Origin: Auanema rhodensis
Taxonomy: Eukaryota > Animalia > Nematoda
Length of the DNA: 64,000 nucleotides
Direction of reading: 5' to 3'
Assembly: GCA_964057225.1 (NCBI GenBank)
Contig: OZ059899.1
Span: 12,462,001-12,526,000, forward strand
Positions 14,627-60,130 of the stretch are shown here, piece after piece (position 1 is the stretch's first letter; the number at the start of each line of letters is the position of its first letter). The translations under genes were made by a program, and so were the position numbers. The notes below the pieces were generated by a model, which saw only the letters and a program-made list of their open reading frames with translations, ran no database searches and was not told the origin of the DNA.

Positions 14627-17600
14627 TCCTATGCCTACCTAAAATGATAACGATGCATAATATCGGATATAAAAATTCAAAACAGGTGATACAAGAAACA
14701 GAGGAAAGAAAGTGCTTCTATTACTGGACGACCTTCAAACTTCAGTCGGAATGGCACAAAAGCAACACGTTTTCACTCGTCTTAGAAAGTGACAATGAGA
14801 AATAAGAATTCTAACAAAAATTACAAGACCTTTTTAGAAAAATTTGGTTGGGATGTGTATATAATAGACTGAGAAATTTATTTATATTTATTTTTGCGTT
14901 CAAAGCTGCTGGAAAAGCGCGGAGTAAGCCATAGGAACCGTATATTTCTCAAGAAAATATAGTTTTATGAAAATTTAAAAGCTAGTCCTGGTGTTTATTT
15001 GATTTAAAAAATAGAATGCACTTAGAATATGAAGTTGCTCATTATATGATTTCATATGAACATTCTATATCAAAAAATGTGCAGGTTTTTCTAAGAATCA
15101 ATTCTTTTCTAAAAGTATCGATTCTATTTCGATCTACAAAGGCTGATTCATAGCGAAAATGCTTCACCAAATACAGTGGACATGCTGGACAAGAACTGGG
15201 CCCCTTCTCTAATCTGGAGAATAATCCGAACAAGTAAGATGGAAATGAATTTCAAATTCAAGATGGCGCCCAGTGTTTTTGAGGAGCGGTAGATTAGCGA
15301 TGGAGCGCATAAACGACACTTGTTTAGATTTCGCAGGCGACATTCGGCCGTGTGTATGTGTGGTTGGCTGGCGGTGATGATGGTGTGGTGGACCCGACTT
15401 GGCTGCTGCTGGCTAAGAGAGGCTGTGGGGTTGTGGGCTGTTGCTGTGTGCGTCTATAATCGCCGACGACGACGACTAGAAGGGAAAAGAGAAAGAGATG
15501 AAATGAGATGGGGGAAAGCAAAAGAGAGAGAGAGAAGGGACAGAAACAACCCCAACGAGGTTTGCATGGACTAGATAACAATGAAGTACAAAGAGAAGCA
15601 GAGAACCTTAGATAAAGAGCACTCAAAATGGAGAATGTTAGACAGTCAGACACAACGACACACAGCCCTCACAGACCACAGAATGTTCGGGGCAAGGCAC
15701 TGCTGGCTGCGATATTGGTGTATCTGTCGATGAGGCCGGGGAGAGGAAGGCTGTTGTGCGCGCTCGCGCCAAATAATGTCAGAGTCAGACAAGAAAACAC
15801 AACGTGTATGCATTGTGTGTCTGCCCTATCGATTCTTTTTAGTTTTCGGGCCGTTTGAGAGAGAACAGGTATAGTGGAGAGACATGGACACACACAGACT
15901 GACAGATGGGCGAACAGACACATAGCCAATTGTGACGCTCTCTAATCTATACGCTCTATCAGAGGCGTCTTACCATCTGGCAATCTCTCAGTTTTTCAAA
16001 CTCTCTATCTATTTTATTCTCCGCTCAGTCCAGCTAGCACCCCCCCCCCTTTTTTCCCTCTGATGTGGAGTGGCTGACTGGGCTGAATGGTTGCTGCAAT
16101 GAAGGGAGGGGGGAAAGCCTAGAGACTTAAGAGTGTGGAACAAGGCGGGTTAGCCGTAGGTCAAATGAAGATAAATACAGCACGACAATCGCAGTCCTCC
16201 GATTTCGTTTCGACTCTTCTGTTAGAGGCCCGTGATTCATAGATAACGTGATTGCACCAAAGTTCTGTTTACCTTCCTATGTCGTCTAGGGACAGAACAA
16301 AGTGATAGAAGCATTTTTTTGTTCAAAATAACTGTAAAATGAAAATTTACCGAGTGTTAGTCATAACATGTACGTAAAAAATAAAACTATGGCAGAAAAG
16401 TAGTTTTCTTTTGAGCTTTCTATTGTTTCGTGTCATTTAAGAAATAATTTTAACAATTGAAATTAATCCGCTTTTCTCCTCATTTAATAACGAATGAAAC
16501 TAATCTAAAATATATCTGACACAGTATAGTGGAGTAGATTACCGTGAAAAGAGAGAGAGAGATCAGGATTTAAGGAAGGGACTTCGTATCTCCTTCATCG
16601 TATCCAGACCAATAAGATCAGTGCGATGGTGTTAGAGGTTCCTTATATAGACGAAACCATTTATTTATTTTAGATAAATGTTTTCTAATGAATCAGAAAA
16701 CTACTAAGCGTAGGCAAAGGTCTGAGTGTTCTTTATGAATGTCTGTATGATTATGCATTAAGGTGTGATGATAAGGAAACATGACGCAATTGATTAAACA
16801 AAGTGAAAATAACTAGCGGTTCTGATTAATTTTATACTAAATGAAATCTATATATAGTACATTATATATCGGTGAACAAATCTTGAACTAGCTTGTAGTT
16901 TCCTTCAGTCGTTATTTTGGACTCTAACCTCATTTGTAGGGAAACGAAATTTTGAGCCCAAGATGAAGAAAGAGGAACATATATTTATGTATTACTGTTT
17001 TATGCTGAATTTAAGATATAATCTGAGTACGGCTGATTAGAAATGAGTAAATGTATCACGAATATAGAATTTTCTCATAGCCTAAGCATTATACTGGGAG
17101 AGTTCCGGATTGAAGCATGATACTCTGAATGAAGTTCCGTATATTAGTGATTGAAGTATATGGATCAGAAGGATACACATACATCTACTCAGCTTGTTAA
17201 GGCTAAGTTAAAAAGTCCAGAAAGCCTATGAACAAATGGAAATGAATGGAAAAAGTCAGTTACAGCTGGTAGTACGAGAGTCTCAAATGACAAGTAGTAA
17301 TATGAGTTAACATGTAGTTGAATAAGAATCAAGATTTTAATTTAACAAAATTCTGAAGAATGTTAGACTGAAGCTTCTTGAAAACATATAAGAAGAAGAG
17401 CAGACGATGTTATAGAAAAAGTGGAGGAGCTAGAACTAAAAAAAAGCCCTGACTGACCAACGAAAGAGAAAATTTGACGAACGAAAAACAACGAGATACA
17501 ACCGTGCATTCTGTGTGTGAAAAAAACTAAATAAAGTTGTTCACGTAATCTACGTGAAATTAGAATACGCATAGACCTCACATGATGATTAGTTATGAAT

Positions 17601-18876
17601 GATTGTTACGAGTCGTATCCTATGCGAACGTGAACAAGTCATCTCATGATCATATGTTATTCTATGTAAATGCGGCAAAAAACGGCGCAACAGCGAAGGA
17701 TGAAGGCCACTGACATCATGTAGAGGTCGCGTGAACATCACCTGTGCAGACAGATAATCAACGGTCTTGTTAATGACCGTGTGAACCACGTGAGTTTTCT
17801 TGATTAACGTGAAATGAACTTGAACTACTTGTCGCCACGGGTAGATTGAGATGAGATCAACAAGGAGAGTAGACTAAAGTAGAAGAAGTAAGTTCAGAAA
17901 AAAAAGGAAAAAAAGAAAAGAAAGTTTGTAGTGTTGGCCAAGACAGAGATCCGGAAAATTTTTTTTCGCTAATTTCTTTTTTGGCAGGACTACATTGCAT
18001 CTCATTAATCCGTGCAGCATCGGATATCTATCTGGAGTCCGTGTAAGCTAATTATGCTCAAAATTAATAAGTCGCTTTATGAATATTCATTGAAGGGTGA
18101 ACACGAAATATACACTGCCTCATAGAATGAAATCACAACTAGCTAGTGCATTTGGAGCTTAGAAAAGGCAAAAATGATTTTTTTCTTAACGTAATCTCTG
18201 GAGATTATCCTAACGTGATATGAAAATGAACAAAGAAAGAGCTGAAATCCAAAAAAAAAATCAAACAATGAAAACTAAAAAAAGATTTTTTCTGTTCTTT
18301 CTCTTAGAAAAGCAGTACTTTGTTATTGTATAACATAAAGAAAGTGGCAAAAAAGAAGAGATAAGGGAGAGATATAGCAAGAAAGAGTAAGGGAAACAGT
18401 GTGATAAAGAGAGAGAGAGTGAGATAGAGAGAGACGGAGAAATAGTTAAGTAAATGTTGAAATAAACTTTTTATGTTAATTTCACGTATAATTAAGCTTC
18501 CATCTCCTAATTGTCATAATAGATACTATTATATTTAATTAGAACAACCCAGTCTTCCTAATTGAAGTTTGAATAAGTTGTCACTAGGCTGGCACAAGAC
18601 AATATGACGTATTATAGTGAGCACGTTGTTAGTAATTCTAATAAATTGAAATTCAGAAGGAGCAATATGAAATATTTAAATAATAAATATAACAGATAAT
18701 TTAAAAAAATATCAAACATCTGAAATTTATGATAATATTTAATTTCTTGAAAATATGATATAAAGGATAAGAATCAAATTGAATTATTTTATATTTTATA
18801 ATCTTTGATTGAACTGAAAAATTAATGAAAGACGCTTAGCTGAGTTTATTAGGAATTTTTTTCGAACAATTTTCTC

Positions 18877-18897
18877 CCAAAAATAGATATTTGTTTG
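18877..18897 (+). repeat. Dispersed repeat copy B1 (20/21 match to 29208-29228)
   Basis: CCAAAAATAGAYATTTGTTTG, plus weaker upstream similarity. Confidence 0.6.
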
Positions 18898-21800
18898 GTT
18901 TTAAGCGCTATAATGATTCATACGATGATATCAGAGAGAAATAGAGAGAAATCCAGCTAGAGAGAGGGGAGTTTGCTTTTCTTCGCAGAAAGTATTCACC
19001 ATTTTTACTCCAAATCCGAGAATTTCCCTTGGATATCAATCGTTAGTTCAAAACATATTTGTACAATGATCATGATGCTTAGATCAAATGCCAAACTATA
19101 ACCGAATTCATTCCAGAAAATGAAAACAGTTTCTGTTTCAAAAATGATTGGATTCGCTAAAATTCGTCGTCAGACAGATCCGCTTGCATCACAGAAGACA
19201 TTTGTTGTTCGCATACTGTTTATGGCTGAATAGAACGTTCTCGCTGAAAGTCATTCTGAATTTATTTGAAAGAAAAGATGAATCGCTTCCATTGAAATTA
19301 GCAATATATGCTGTTCGTAAACGTTTTAATAGCTCAATTCATCCGATGATTCTTGAAATAAGCATTCAACATAGAACCGTCTAAAATCTGAATCTTTTTC
19401 TAAGTTATCTATACTCACTGGGAATATTTACAATTTTTTTTGAATCTGGTCTGCGCTGGATTGTTTGAAAAAAAATCTTTTGAATGGTCCGATAGTGACG
19501 AAAGTGATCATTCATTATGTCAATTGAATATTTTGAGGTTACAAAAGTTCAGTAACTTACCTAAAGTTCAAATATTTACAAGAAAAGCTTTCAAGATCTT
19601 CATGATGAGCTAATTATCATAAATGATTTTCATCAAATATCTTGTGTTTGATCATCAAGTTTTCAATCTTGCCAGTTTAGTCTCGAATTGATTTGGTTGA
19701 TTGCTAACTAGAGAAATCGGCAAATCATAGAAAGAATGAGACTATGAGAGATAGTGAGAACTTAAAGAATTTTAGTTAAAGTTACAGATATATAGACCTA
19801 GAGAAATAGAGAGAAAGCCTGACGCAAAGTGATAAAGATATCAAGAATAAGGTTAGATCAGACAAGAGGGTACACAGAAAACATGGAAACATAGAATATC
19901 CATTTCCATCTTCATCTTCATCTACTTCTATATCATATATTTATATGGTTCTTCTCAGTATATTTTGTCTCTATATCTTTTAAAATTAAAGATTTGATCA
20001 TCATCTTCATCTTCATATCCATATTTTAAAGAAATTCATATGATCATTCAGTGTGATGTATATATAAATTATCTGGTTTGCAAGAATAATCATATCCCAG
20101 AAATACTCTTTCACCCAATCTTCTGCATTTGGATATTTCAACATCTTCATATGCATTTCCGGAGTCTATAAGCATATTCTTCCAGTATTAGACACTTTTT
20201 TATACTTATTTTCTGTTTTTATATAGCTACTATATATGTTAAAATATGTTAAAATAAGCTCATATTGTCGTTTACAATGCAGGAAAAGTTGCGAAATCAT
20301 CCTAACATTGATCCGATTTTTGGGTTCCTCACATCCTGCCTTCATGATAAAGTTACTTAATCAATTAAAATTCATTTTTCTTTCCATTTTCTTCATAATC
20401 TAACTGTGTGTTAACATCCATTTCTAAGCTTTTTTTTAACATTTTCAGTTAAAAAATGGTTTAATTTCACCAAGAAATTGATAATGATGGGTGAATAGTT
20501 CAGCAATTAACACACACGTAAATTCGATTCAATGACCGTTCTCGTTTCATGCTTCTTATTCGGTAAGACATGTCGCCCTTCTTTTGGTTCTTCTAATGAA
20601 ATCCTACTGATTGAATTTCATCTTACGGCTGTCCTTTATTTAGACATTAATAATCATCCTAACTATTATCGGTTTCTTTCGTTTCGCGTAAAAAAAATAA
20701 CTTATGCCATTATCCAGTGAAGTAATATACTCATTTTTCGTGTACATTTTTGAAAATATGATGAGAAATCATATCAGCAGAACACGATATTCTATATTTC
20801 TTCAACAAGAGATGTACATAGATCATGGTGCTGTATTCAACGACATCAATCATCTTCTTATTGGTTACATTAAGAAATGATGTGCATTCATATCCGGTTC
20901 AAGGTATCGTCTTACATACTATTTTTTTGGTTTTTTTAGGAGTTTTATCATAATTTATCGTTTTTTAAATTTTTTTACAAAACTAATGCAGTTCATTAAC
21001 AACGTTCTCTAAACACTTACTTTGGGAAATATTTGTTTTTCCTTTATCACCCAATTAATTTTTGATACCGAGCTTAGAATTAGCCTGTCCTCATCAAGTT
21101 TGTTGTTTAGCATGCCTTCAGGTTTCCTATAAATACCATTCATGCAACCTATTCTCAACTGCAAATGTCTTATTCTTGTATTTTAACCTTTTCCAATTAA
21201 ATCTCACAAATCCTTTCTTATAATTTCGAAATGTAATTTAGTTTTCTCTATCTGTCATGACAATAATTCGGATGTCCCTGGATAAATGCAACCGCGCGCG
21301 AACTATGATAAATTCAAAATGAAAGCTTTGATAAATGACGCAATTGACGTACACGACGTAGAAACATATAACGTAATGTAAAGAATGGTGGGAAATTAAG
21401 AAAAAGAGTTAACGAGATAAATAAAAAGGAAGAAATAATGAAAATAAAGATAAAAGAGATATAAACAGAGACAGCTGTAGTTATGCGCATGCGTTAGATT
21501 AATAAAGCTCGATTCTTCAAACTTGCTTCTTCTTCACTCATGTCAATTCTTCGTAGCTTATCGTCTTCAGCTGAAAGCTGATGGCTATAATCCCTCTGTC
21601 GCCTTGTATGCAATCGATTCTGAACTTTTTCCAATTTCACTTCGCAGTTGTTGAATAGTTTCGGCAACTGTATTTGATCTCCAATGAAAACCAGAAGTTA
21701 TTTTCAGTTGTCTTTCATGCTTATCTTGATGTAAATTGGTTTCTTAGACGATCTTCTCAAATTTTTATCTTAGTACAGCCCTTAAAGCATAGAAACATGC

Positions 21801-24800
21801 TTCATATATTCGATTGCGCTTTCATTATTCTAAGCCAACTTTATTTTTATTTTTTCTTCAAATTATGTTATATTATATAAAAATATGTTTGTGCTGTTGA
21901 TTATTTCAAAAATACGATTTCGAACGAACAAGTTGAAATTCGGTCAACTGAAATAATTCTCATCTTTCTTGCTGTGCATGGATTCTCTTCAGTTCCAAAG
22001 CCAAAAATTGTCCCATCAAATGCTATATATATAATTCGTGTTTCTTCTGACATCTTGACATATTTTCTATTTGGTCAGTCTTCTGCTCGAAAAGATGAGA
22101 AAGCAACAAGCGGTTGATACAAAGCCTTAAACGTTCAAGATGTTGAATATTCCTTCAGCTGATCTTCCTACTACTTCTTGCCTGAATGCTCTACTACTTA
22201 TCCTGATTCATCTACCAGCAATAGTCCTAATCGTTACTTTTGCATTGTGATTACGCCTTCTAACTATATCTTTACTACTCAGTTGTATGTGTTAGATTAG
22301 CTGATAGAGAGGGTTCTAAGACAAATAAATTTGAAGATACATCAGGTTTCATTATCTGCTTATACCATAGCATGTAATAAACATCCGTTGTCATTCCAAT
22401 CAGCTTCTCTTTTATTGTATTTCCTTCTAGCTAAATATATATATATGGTTATATGTTTCTACCAGACGAACATGTCTATCTCATACACATTCATATATTG
22501 TGACGTCAAACAAATACCATAAGCTTCATGATTTATATAATGAAATTTCAAATAAACAAGTTAATGAAATGATTAAAATCCTCAGAAGTTCCTTCTTTAT
22601 TCATGTAATCTCATCAGCTATATCCTCTTTGAAATTGGATTTCAATTTCTAACTTAGTAAATCATTCACGACTATATATTCCTCCATTTTCGTTATAGTT
22701 AAGATATGTGTCTGTTGTTTTCAAAAAAAATTTTTTCTTTGAATATGATGAATTATGACTATCTTTCATCTAATATTATTCCTGTTTGAGCATATCATAT
22801 ATAGCTGTCTGCCAGATTCTTCTTCCGGTAATGCGTAACCCTCTCTTTTCACTTTTACGTCATTTGTACAAGATGCTTGTCGCTCATGTCGTGAAATATT
22901 TCACTTCATATTTGATGACATAATCAAACGTTAAAGCATTTGGCACTTATAGAAATGAAAAAGAAGAAGAAGCCATTATTAGATCAGAACCCAAATCTAC
23001 ACCTTTAGAAGATAAGAGAGATAGAGTAGATGTAAGAGACAAGATGAACAGATTCTACGCATACATCAATGTTCGATGCGCAAGTGCCAGAAGTGTGCGA
23101 CCCGCCCAAACACCTTTTCATATACACAAGATTTTTCTCATATGGACTTAAACATGTTTAATCTAAAAGATTAAAACAGATTCGGCGATTACAAAATCAT
23201 AACGAAGAGAGAGAGGGCAAGTTCAGTTTTACAGCATCTTCATGCTGGAGAACAGTTTGTTGCAACACAGCGGTTGTGTCATCCTTCTCCGTATCGTCTT
23301 TAACTTCATTTCTTGAATACAGTGATTTTTCAGATGTTTTACACATGTTTCTCTGTAATTTCCTATTTATTTTCCTTGTTTGATTGATAAGCAACCCTAA
23401 ATTAATTTAACTATATCATATCATGCTGAATCCTCCCCAACTTCATCTCATCGCATCAGTGCTCAACTCGTCTAATTTGAACTTATTTGAGATATTTTCC
23501 AATATCTTTGATTTACAAAAATTTTATTATATAAAAACTTTATATTTTTCTATTTCTTTATTCTGTTATAATCATCTTATTAGAGAATTTTACTATTGTT
23601 CATGTTCATCGACTTTTGAAGCTTGAAAGCTTCTCCTCGTTAACTTTGCTGAAATTTATCTTAAAATCTCTCCAGCAATTCCTCGTAATCGTAAAAATTC
23701 TTTAAAATTAGTCAACTGGAAATTCGATATCCGTACTTTTGGCTTTTTTTCTGTTCATTCACTAAATGTTTCAATGGAACATTGAATAACCTGTGAATAT
23801 GCATGAATCAAACCCTCACAAACATTTGATTTAAATACGAATTGATGACTACACATTCTATGAAAAGGTCAAGCATTCTATCACCTTTATCTCCACTTCT
23901 TCTTTCTCTCCATCATGATCACGAGCATATTCTCCGTTGAAACCTTACAGTCGAAATAAGCAGTGTTAAATCTTTTCACTTGTAACCCACAACCTGTCTT
24001 CAATCATATTTTCTATTTACCAACCAATTGAAAAAAAACGAATACCATCTTGTTTTTGTTGTTGTTCAACTTCCAAACAGATTCACAGCATCTAACAGGA
24101 TCTTAAATATCTTGGTAGACTTTTAGCTTTCATTTCTCACATTCAAGAGCTGATGATATTGCTTTGACCTGTCATCTTTTAAAAAATTGCTATTGTTCAC
24201 ACTTACTTGTGTATATCTATCTGGGTTTTCGTATATGAGTAGGTTGAAATATCATTTCTGGATACCATGCAATATTATAAACTTGCATCCAGTTTTTTCC
24301 TTGTACATGTTGAAGAATTTCTATTTACTTTTGATAATCCTTTTAAGTTTATGGATTCTTTGCCATATAAGAATATACGCTTTCAAGTATAAAGATCTTC
24401 TTTGTAGCCTTGGGCAATAAAAAGGGTAAGACGCCAACAAGACGTAAAAAACCAAAGGATAAGAAGAGAGTTTAAAAGAAGAAGAGAAAAAGATGTGGTT
24501 AGTGAAAATGGATAAGAGAGGACGATTGAGGAAGAAAGCGAATGGTGAAAACGAGAAAGATAATACAAGATGAATATGTTAGATGCAGGTAGAAGAAGGG
24601 AAGAAGGACGTTGCATCAGATCTATTGAGGCGCGATCGCCGTCGCGGGACCTGATTTCGATTGCCTCCTCCCCCACCTCAAAAGACCTTTTAATCCAGGG
24701 TCCTATCCTCTTTAGGATAGTTGTCAAACGGTTATTCTATAGCCTATTCGTTTTAGCAGTTTCCAGATTTGTCCTTTTTGTCAAGAACCGCTAGAGCTGA

Positions 24801-24996
24801 AGATTGAAAGTTGTCACAAATTAATAGCCCCTTCTTCACTCCCTACTTCATAATTTCATTATTCAACTCCCTCTCTAATATTTTTCAAATTTCTAAAATC
24901 ATTCATAAAGTTTCTTTCTTAAACATGATTGTGTGTACTTTTTCTTAAACTAATTTAATTTTTAGAAACTGCAAATTTTCTTGTTTTTTCTGGAAA

Positions 24997-27078
24997 ATGG
25001 ACAGTTCAACTCGGAAAAGTAGAAATGAAGATAGATGTCTTGGTGGTAAGATGCATCTGAATGTAAGTAATAATCCAATTTACTAATCAGACGTTGTTCT
25101 ACCGCCTAGAACTTGACCAATTTTCAACTGAAAAGACTTTTTACAGACAGGAATGAAAATCCTCGTCACAATAGGAACTCTTGTTATCATCGCCTTAGTG
25201 ACGTTGCTGTACTTCAAGTTCCGTAAAGCAATGTTCGTGCTTTTAATTCCCACATTCATCACCGTGACGACTGTTTTCGGAATTATCTCAAAGAGAGATC
25301 GTCTACTTTGGCCCATCATCAGTGTTTCTGTAAGTGATTTAGCTTTGTTACATAGCTTCAACCATCGATGTTTGATGTCATTTACCCATATCTCATTTCC
25401 TATTTAGATAAGGGTTGAATTTGAACATGAAGAACATTTTTTCAACTGCTAATTCAGTTCGTAATCACAAATTCAAATCAAGTACATTCATCGCAGAGTT
25501 AAGATATCATCATTCTAAACGAGTACGGTCCAGCCGTCAGCATATTGCATTTCATAAATTTTTTTATATCTAAAACGAAACTTGAAATTTGGATCAAAAA
25601 AGCTTTTTTTATTCAATGATTTGACCAGACAGTTATTTTATTTCGTGCTATTCTGATATATTGCTGTCAAAATCAACATGAAATGTGTTAAATAAATGAA
25701 GAAAAAGAAGGGCATTAAGAAATTTTTTAAATGAAATTTCTATTCATCTCTCAATTTAGCAGCTATGCATGTATGTCTTTTATCAATTTTTTACTTTCTT
25801 CTTTTGAATTTTCAACGCATGAAACAGAATTGAAAGGAATATATGAAATGTAATATAATCACAATTTGAAACATACAATATTTGAGATTTTTCAAAGTCA
25901 GAAATTTCAATGCCAGTTTCCAAATATATTATTTTACTGTTCTTAAGAAGAGATCTTCATAAATTTATCATTAATTCACAATTCCGGTATAAAATGAAGA
26001 AATTAATTTGAAAACATGTTCTATTCATTTGAACATTTGCTAAAAACATGTAAATAATAATTACAAATATGATTTCAAATATGAATATATTATTTTAAAA
26101 AAAAATAATAATAATTTCATATTAAAATAAATTTTAAATGATTCATATATTATTCAAAAAAGAATGACGTAAAAGTTAAAATAACACGTGTTTTTGATTC
26201 GCAGATATACTTTTCAAAAAAACGTGAGACGTGAAATTTATTTAAACCATTTACGTCATCATGAAACGGTTGTATTTACTGAATTTCATAAAAAATAGAG
26301 AAGAAAGTATCAATTTTCCAATTAATATTAGCATTTTTTTCAGATGTTCCATGCCGTCCTATCAAGTTATGCTCTTCTGATATTCTCATTTTATTTCTTC
26401 TTTAAGCCATACTATATTATTATGATCTTAAACTGGGCTTTCAAGAGTAAGTTAAAATATTTCTAATTCTTTTAGCTATATTTCAACAAAATATGAATAA
26501 GAGGACATCTCTTTTTTGAAAAAAAAATCGGAAAGATCATTGTCATTGACATTAGAACAGAGAAATAGCAACTGAAGCTGCAACAACCAGATCCAGAAAA
26601 GCGTGAAATTGGCCTTTTATGAAACAGGTTTCATCATAATGTGTGATTAGGTGTCAATCAAACGTCTTCACTCTAAAAATGTCCTTTTACAACTCTTGAG
26701 ATGCATAGTATATGAATATCCACATTGATATTTGGTTCTAAAAGTTCTTTTTGATTTGAATAGAAAAGATCAATCTTAGATCTTCTCTCTCTTATTAGAA
26801 TTATGATGAAACTGGATTCAAGCTTCATACAACTTTAGCTGAAAACTTAAAAAAATGGATCAAATTAATTAACAATATATACTTTAGCTTTGCATACGGA
26901 GAAGACACCATCATATTACTTCCAATGTACATGCATCTATCTTGGTCTATTCGTCTTCCTTATCTTCAATATCTGGCAAGGAGTTGTATCATTCAGTTAT
27001 CGTAACTACTTACGTCTGGATCGTGCTCCATCTCGTCAACCAACAGTTCTCGTTGTTAACAAACCTGGTGTATATTAA
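24997..27078 (+). CDS. 180-aa four-transmembrane protein (LAPTM-like nematode family)
   Basis: Exons 24997-25062, 25147-25329, 26344-26446 and 26888-27078 with GTAAGT donors and consistent phases. N-terminal RCLGGKMHLNTG motif before TM1; four hydrophobic segments; ends NKPGVY. Confidence 0.85.
25864..25895 (+). repeat. Dispersed repeat copy A1 (32 bp identical to 30031-30062)
   Basis: ATTTGAAACATACAATATTTGAGATTTTTCAA, with diverged similarity in both flanks. Confidence 0.8.
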
Positions 27079-28609
27079 TTTTTTCTCCTCTCAAATCATA
27101 TCCCAACTTAGGAAAAGTGTTGTGATTTTTAAAATTTCAAGTCTTTCATTAGTAACAACATAAACATGAACAATGATTTTATTTGTTTGGCAAACTTTTA
27201 TGAGAAAGAAAACATCAAACCTTTTCAGTTCTGCCCACATATGACACTTTAAGCTCGTTGAAAACGTTTTGAAGTATTTTTGTTGTTAATATCTCATCTT
27301 AATTATCTGCTTTCAACTCATTTTTCATTTGAAAATGTTCTATTTTAGCTCATATTTCCTTTTTTTTCCCTCGGTTAATTTGAAAACTCTGTTGCTAGGA
27401 TGAACTTGGCCCGCTCCTACCCAGTTTGAAGCTTACTAACCTTTGTAGCTTTATTCATTTGAAATGGCTCTCACTGAATTAGCGACTAATCAGGATCTTA
27501 TGTATGTATATGCATTTATATGATTTTGTTTTTTTTTAAAGAAAAAAGCTATTTATTCGAATATTTTATATTATAAATCATTTTTTATAAAATATATTAC
27601 ATCCTGTCGTTTTCATGTCATATGTCGTATGTCCAAGAAAATAACCATATAAGGATAAGCATGAATAACTCTAATTTTCTTCAGTTAAAGTCGTTTAAAA
27701 TATTTTCGGATCATTTGTTTTTGAGGTCAAGTAGCATAATCTCGTGAATAAATTGAAGTTTTCGGTTTTTCTTCGCATTCGTTACATCATAATTCATGTG
27801 GTCTATTGAATTTCATGTAAATAATTGTAATTTATTTTTAATAAAAAAAATATTTCATTTTGAAATAATATTATGTAAATTTAAAAAAAAAAGCTCAAAT
27901 ACAATATATGTATATATAATATATATATTTATATATTTATATGAGATGTGAGGAAACAATAAGGAAAAGATCGAAGTAGGATATGGCGAAGATCAGTTAG
28001 AAACAATATAACGATTACCAGCTGATATTGGGTGGCGAAAGTATTTTTTTCTTAAAAAAATTAAAAATCTTACAATCTGAGGCAAATAATAATAATAATA
28101 ATATATAATTTCATATATTTATATTTATTATAATTAAATATATTATTAATAGGAAACTCTGTGCTGACTGATATCATTCAGCTTTTCCGCAAACGCTGAT
28201 GATAGCTGCGGGGGTGTTGAAGCTTTAAGCGCGCTTAGTTTGGTAATGACGATCGGTTTATTTGACAACGGTAATATGAAATCTAGAAGATCTGGTGACA
28301 TGTGTGTTACATAGTCACACGTACAACCGGATGTATATAAAGAGGTTGTTAGAAGATTTATAAAATATTTTAAAGACTAAAGAAGAGAAAGAGAGAGAGA
28401 GAGAAAGAGAGGGAGAGAGAGGAAGAGAGAGATAAAGAGAGAGAGAAAGGCAATTTTGCCTCAAATCGGAGCAATTTTGGAATGTAAGATACGAATTGTA
28501 CACGTAGCCAAGGCAAATCTCTATTTTCCAAAACAAAAAAATTAAAGAAAAAGTTGAAAGGAGTAGATATGGTTTATAGATCATAACTTAAGGGAACTTT
28601 TATTAAAAG

Positions 28610-59680
<31,071 letters not shown>

Positions 59681-59959
59681 CAGTCGGATGATCTCGATAG
59701 CCCGAACAACACAGATGCAGAAGCAAAAGACGTAGAAGGGACAGAGAGAAGAAAGGAAAAAATAGATGAGTTAGCTAATTAAGATAGTTAATTGAATCAG
59801 AATAGTGAATTAATTAGTTAGTTCAACACGGACGGCTCCTAGGAATTGGCTACAAGCACCTAGGTGCTGATGACGTGCTGAAGTACAAAAATATTTCTGA
59901 ATAAACTAGAATATAGCAATACAGTTAGACTGTCAGGTCACACAGTTATTTGAATCTTC

Positions 59960-60130
59960 TAAAAAACAAAAACGACGCGAAAACGACGTAACGTCGCTCG
60001 ACGGCTCGCTGAGAAGCTTCAATGCCAATAGGGGCGGGCTGCCGTCCGAATAAGGCAATCGTCTGGAGGGGCGTGGTTACTATTTGGACACGCCCATCGC
60101 CGGCTAGCGATTACTTCGGCTGCCTTCTTC
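59960..60130. promoter_or_regulatory. GC/CpG-rich proximal promoter candidate of the C2 gene, within the divergent C2-gene/paramyosin interval
   Basis: CCAAT 60025-60029, GGGGCGGG 60031-60038, GGGGCGTGG 60068-60076 and CACGCCC 60089-60095, about 350-400 bp upstream of ATG 59680. Confidence 0.45.

Noticed and set aside
15258-15271. CAAGATGGCGCC, YY1-like motif
   Set aside because: A single instance with no supporting context.
20458-20482. GGTTTAATTTCACCAAG resembling the SL1 leader
   Set aside because: It diverges after 9 nt and has no GT donor or Sm site at the expected positions.
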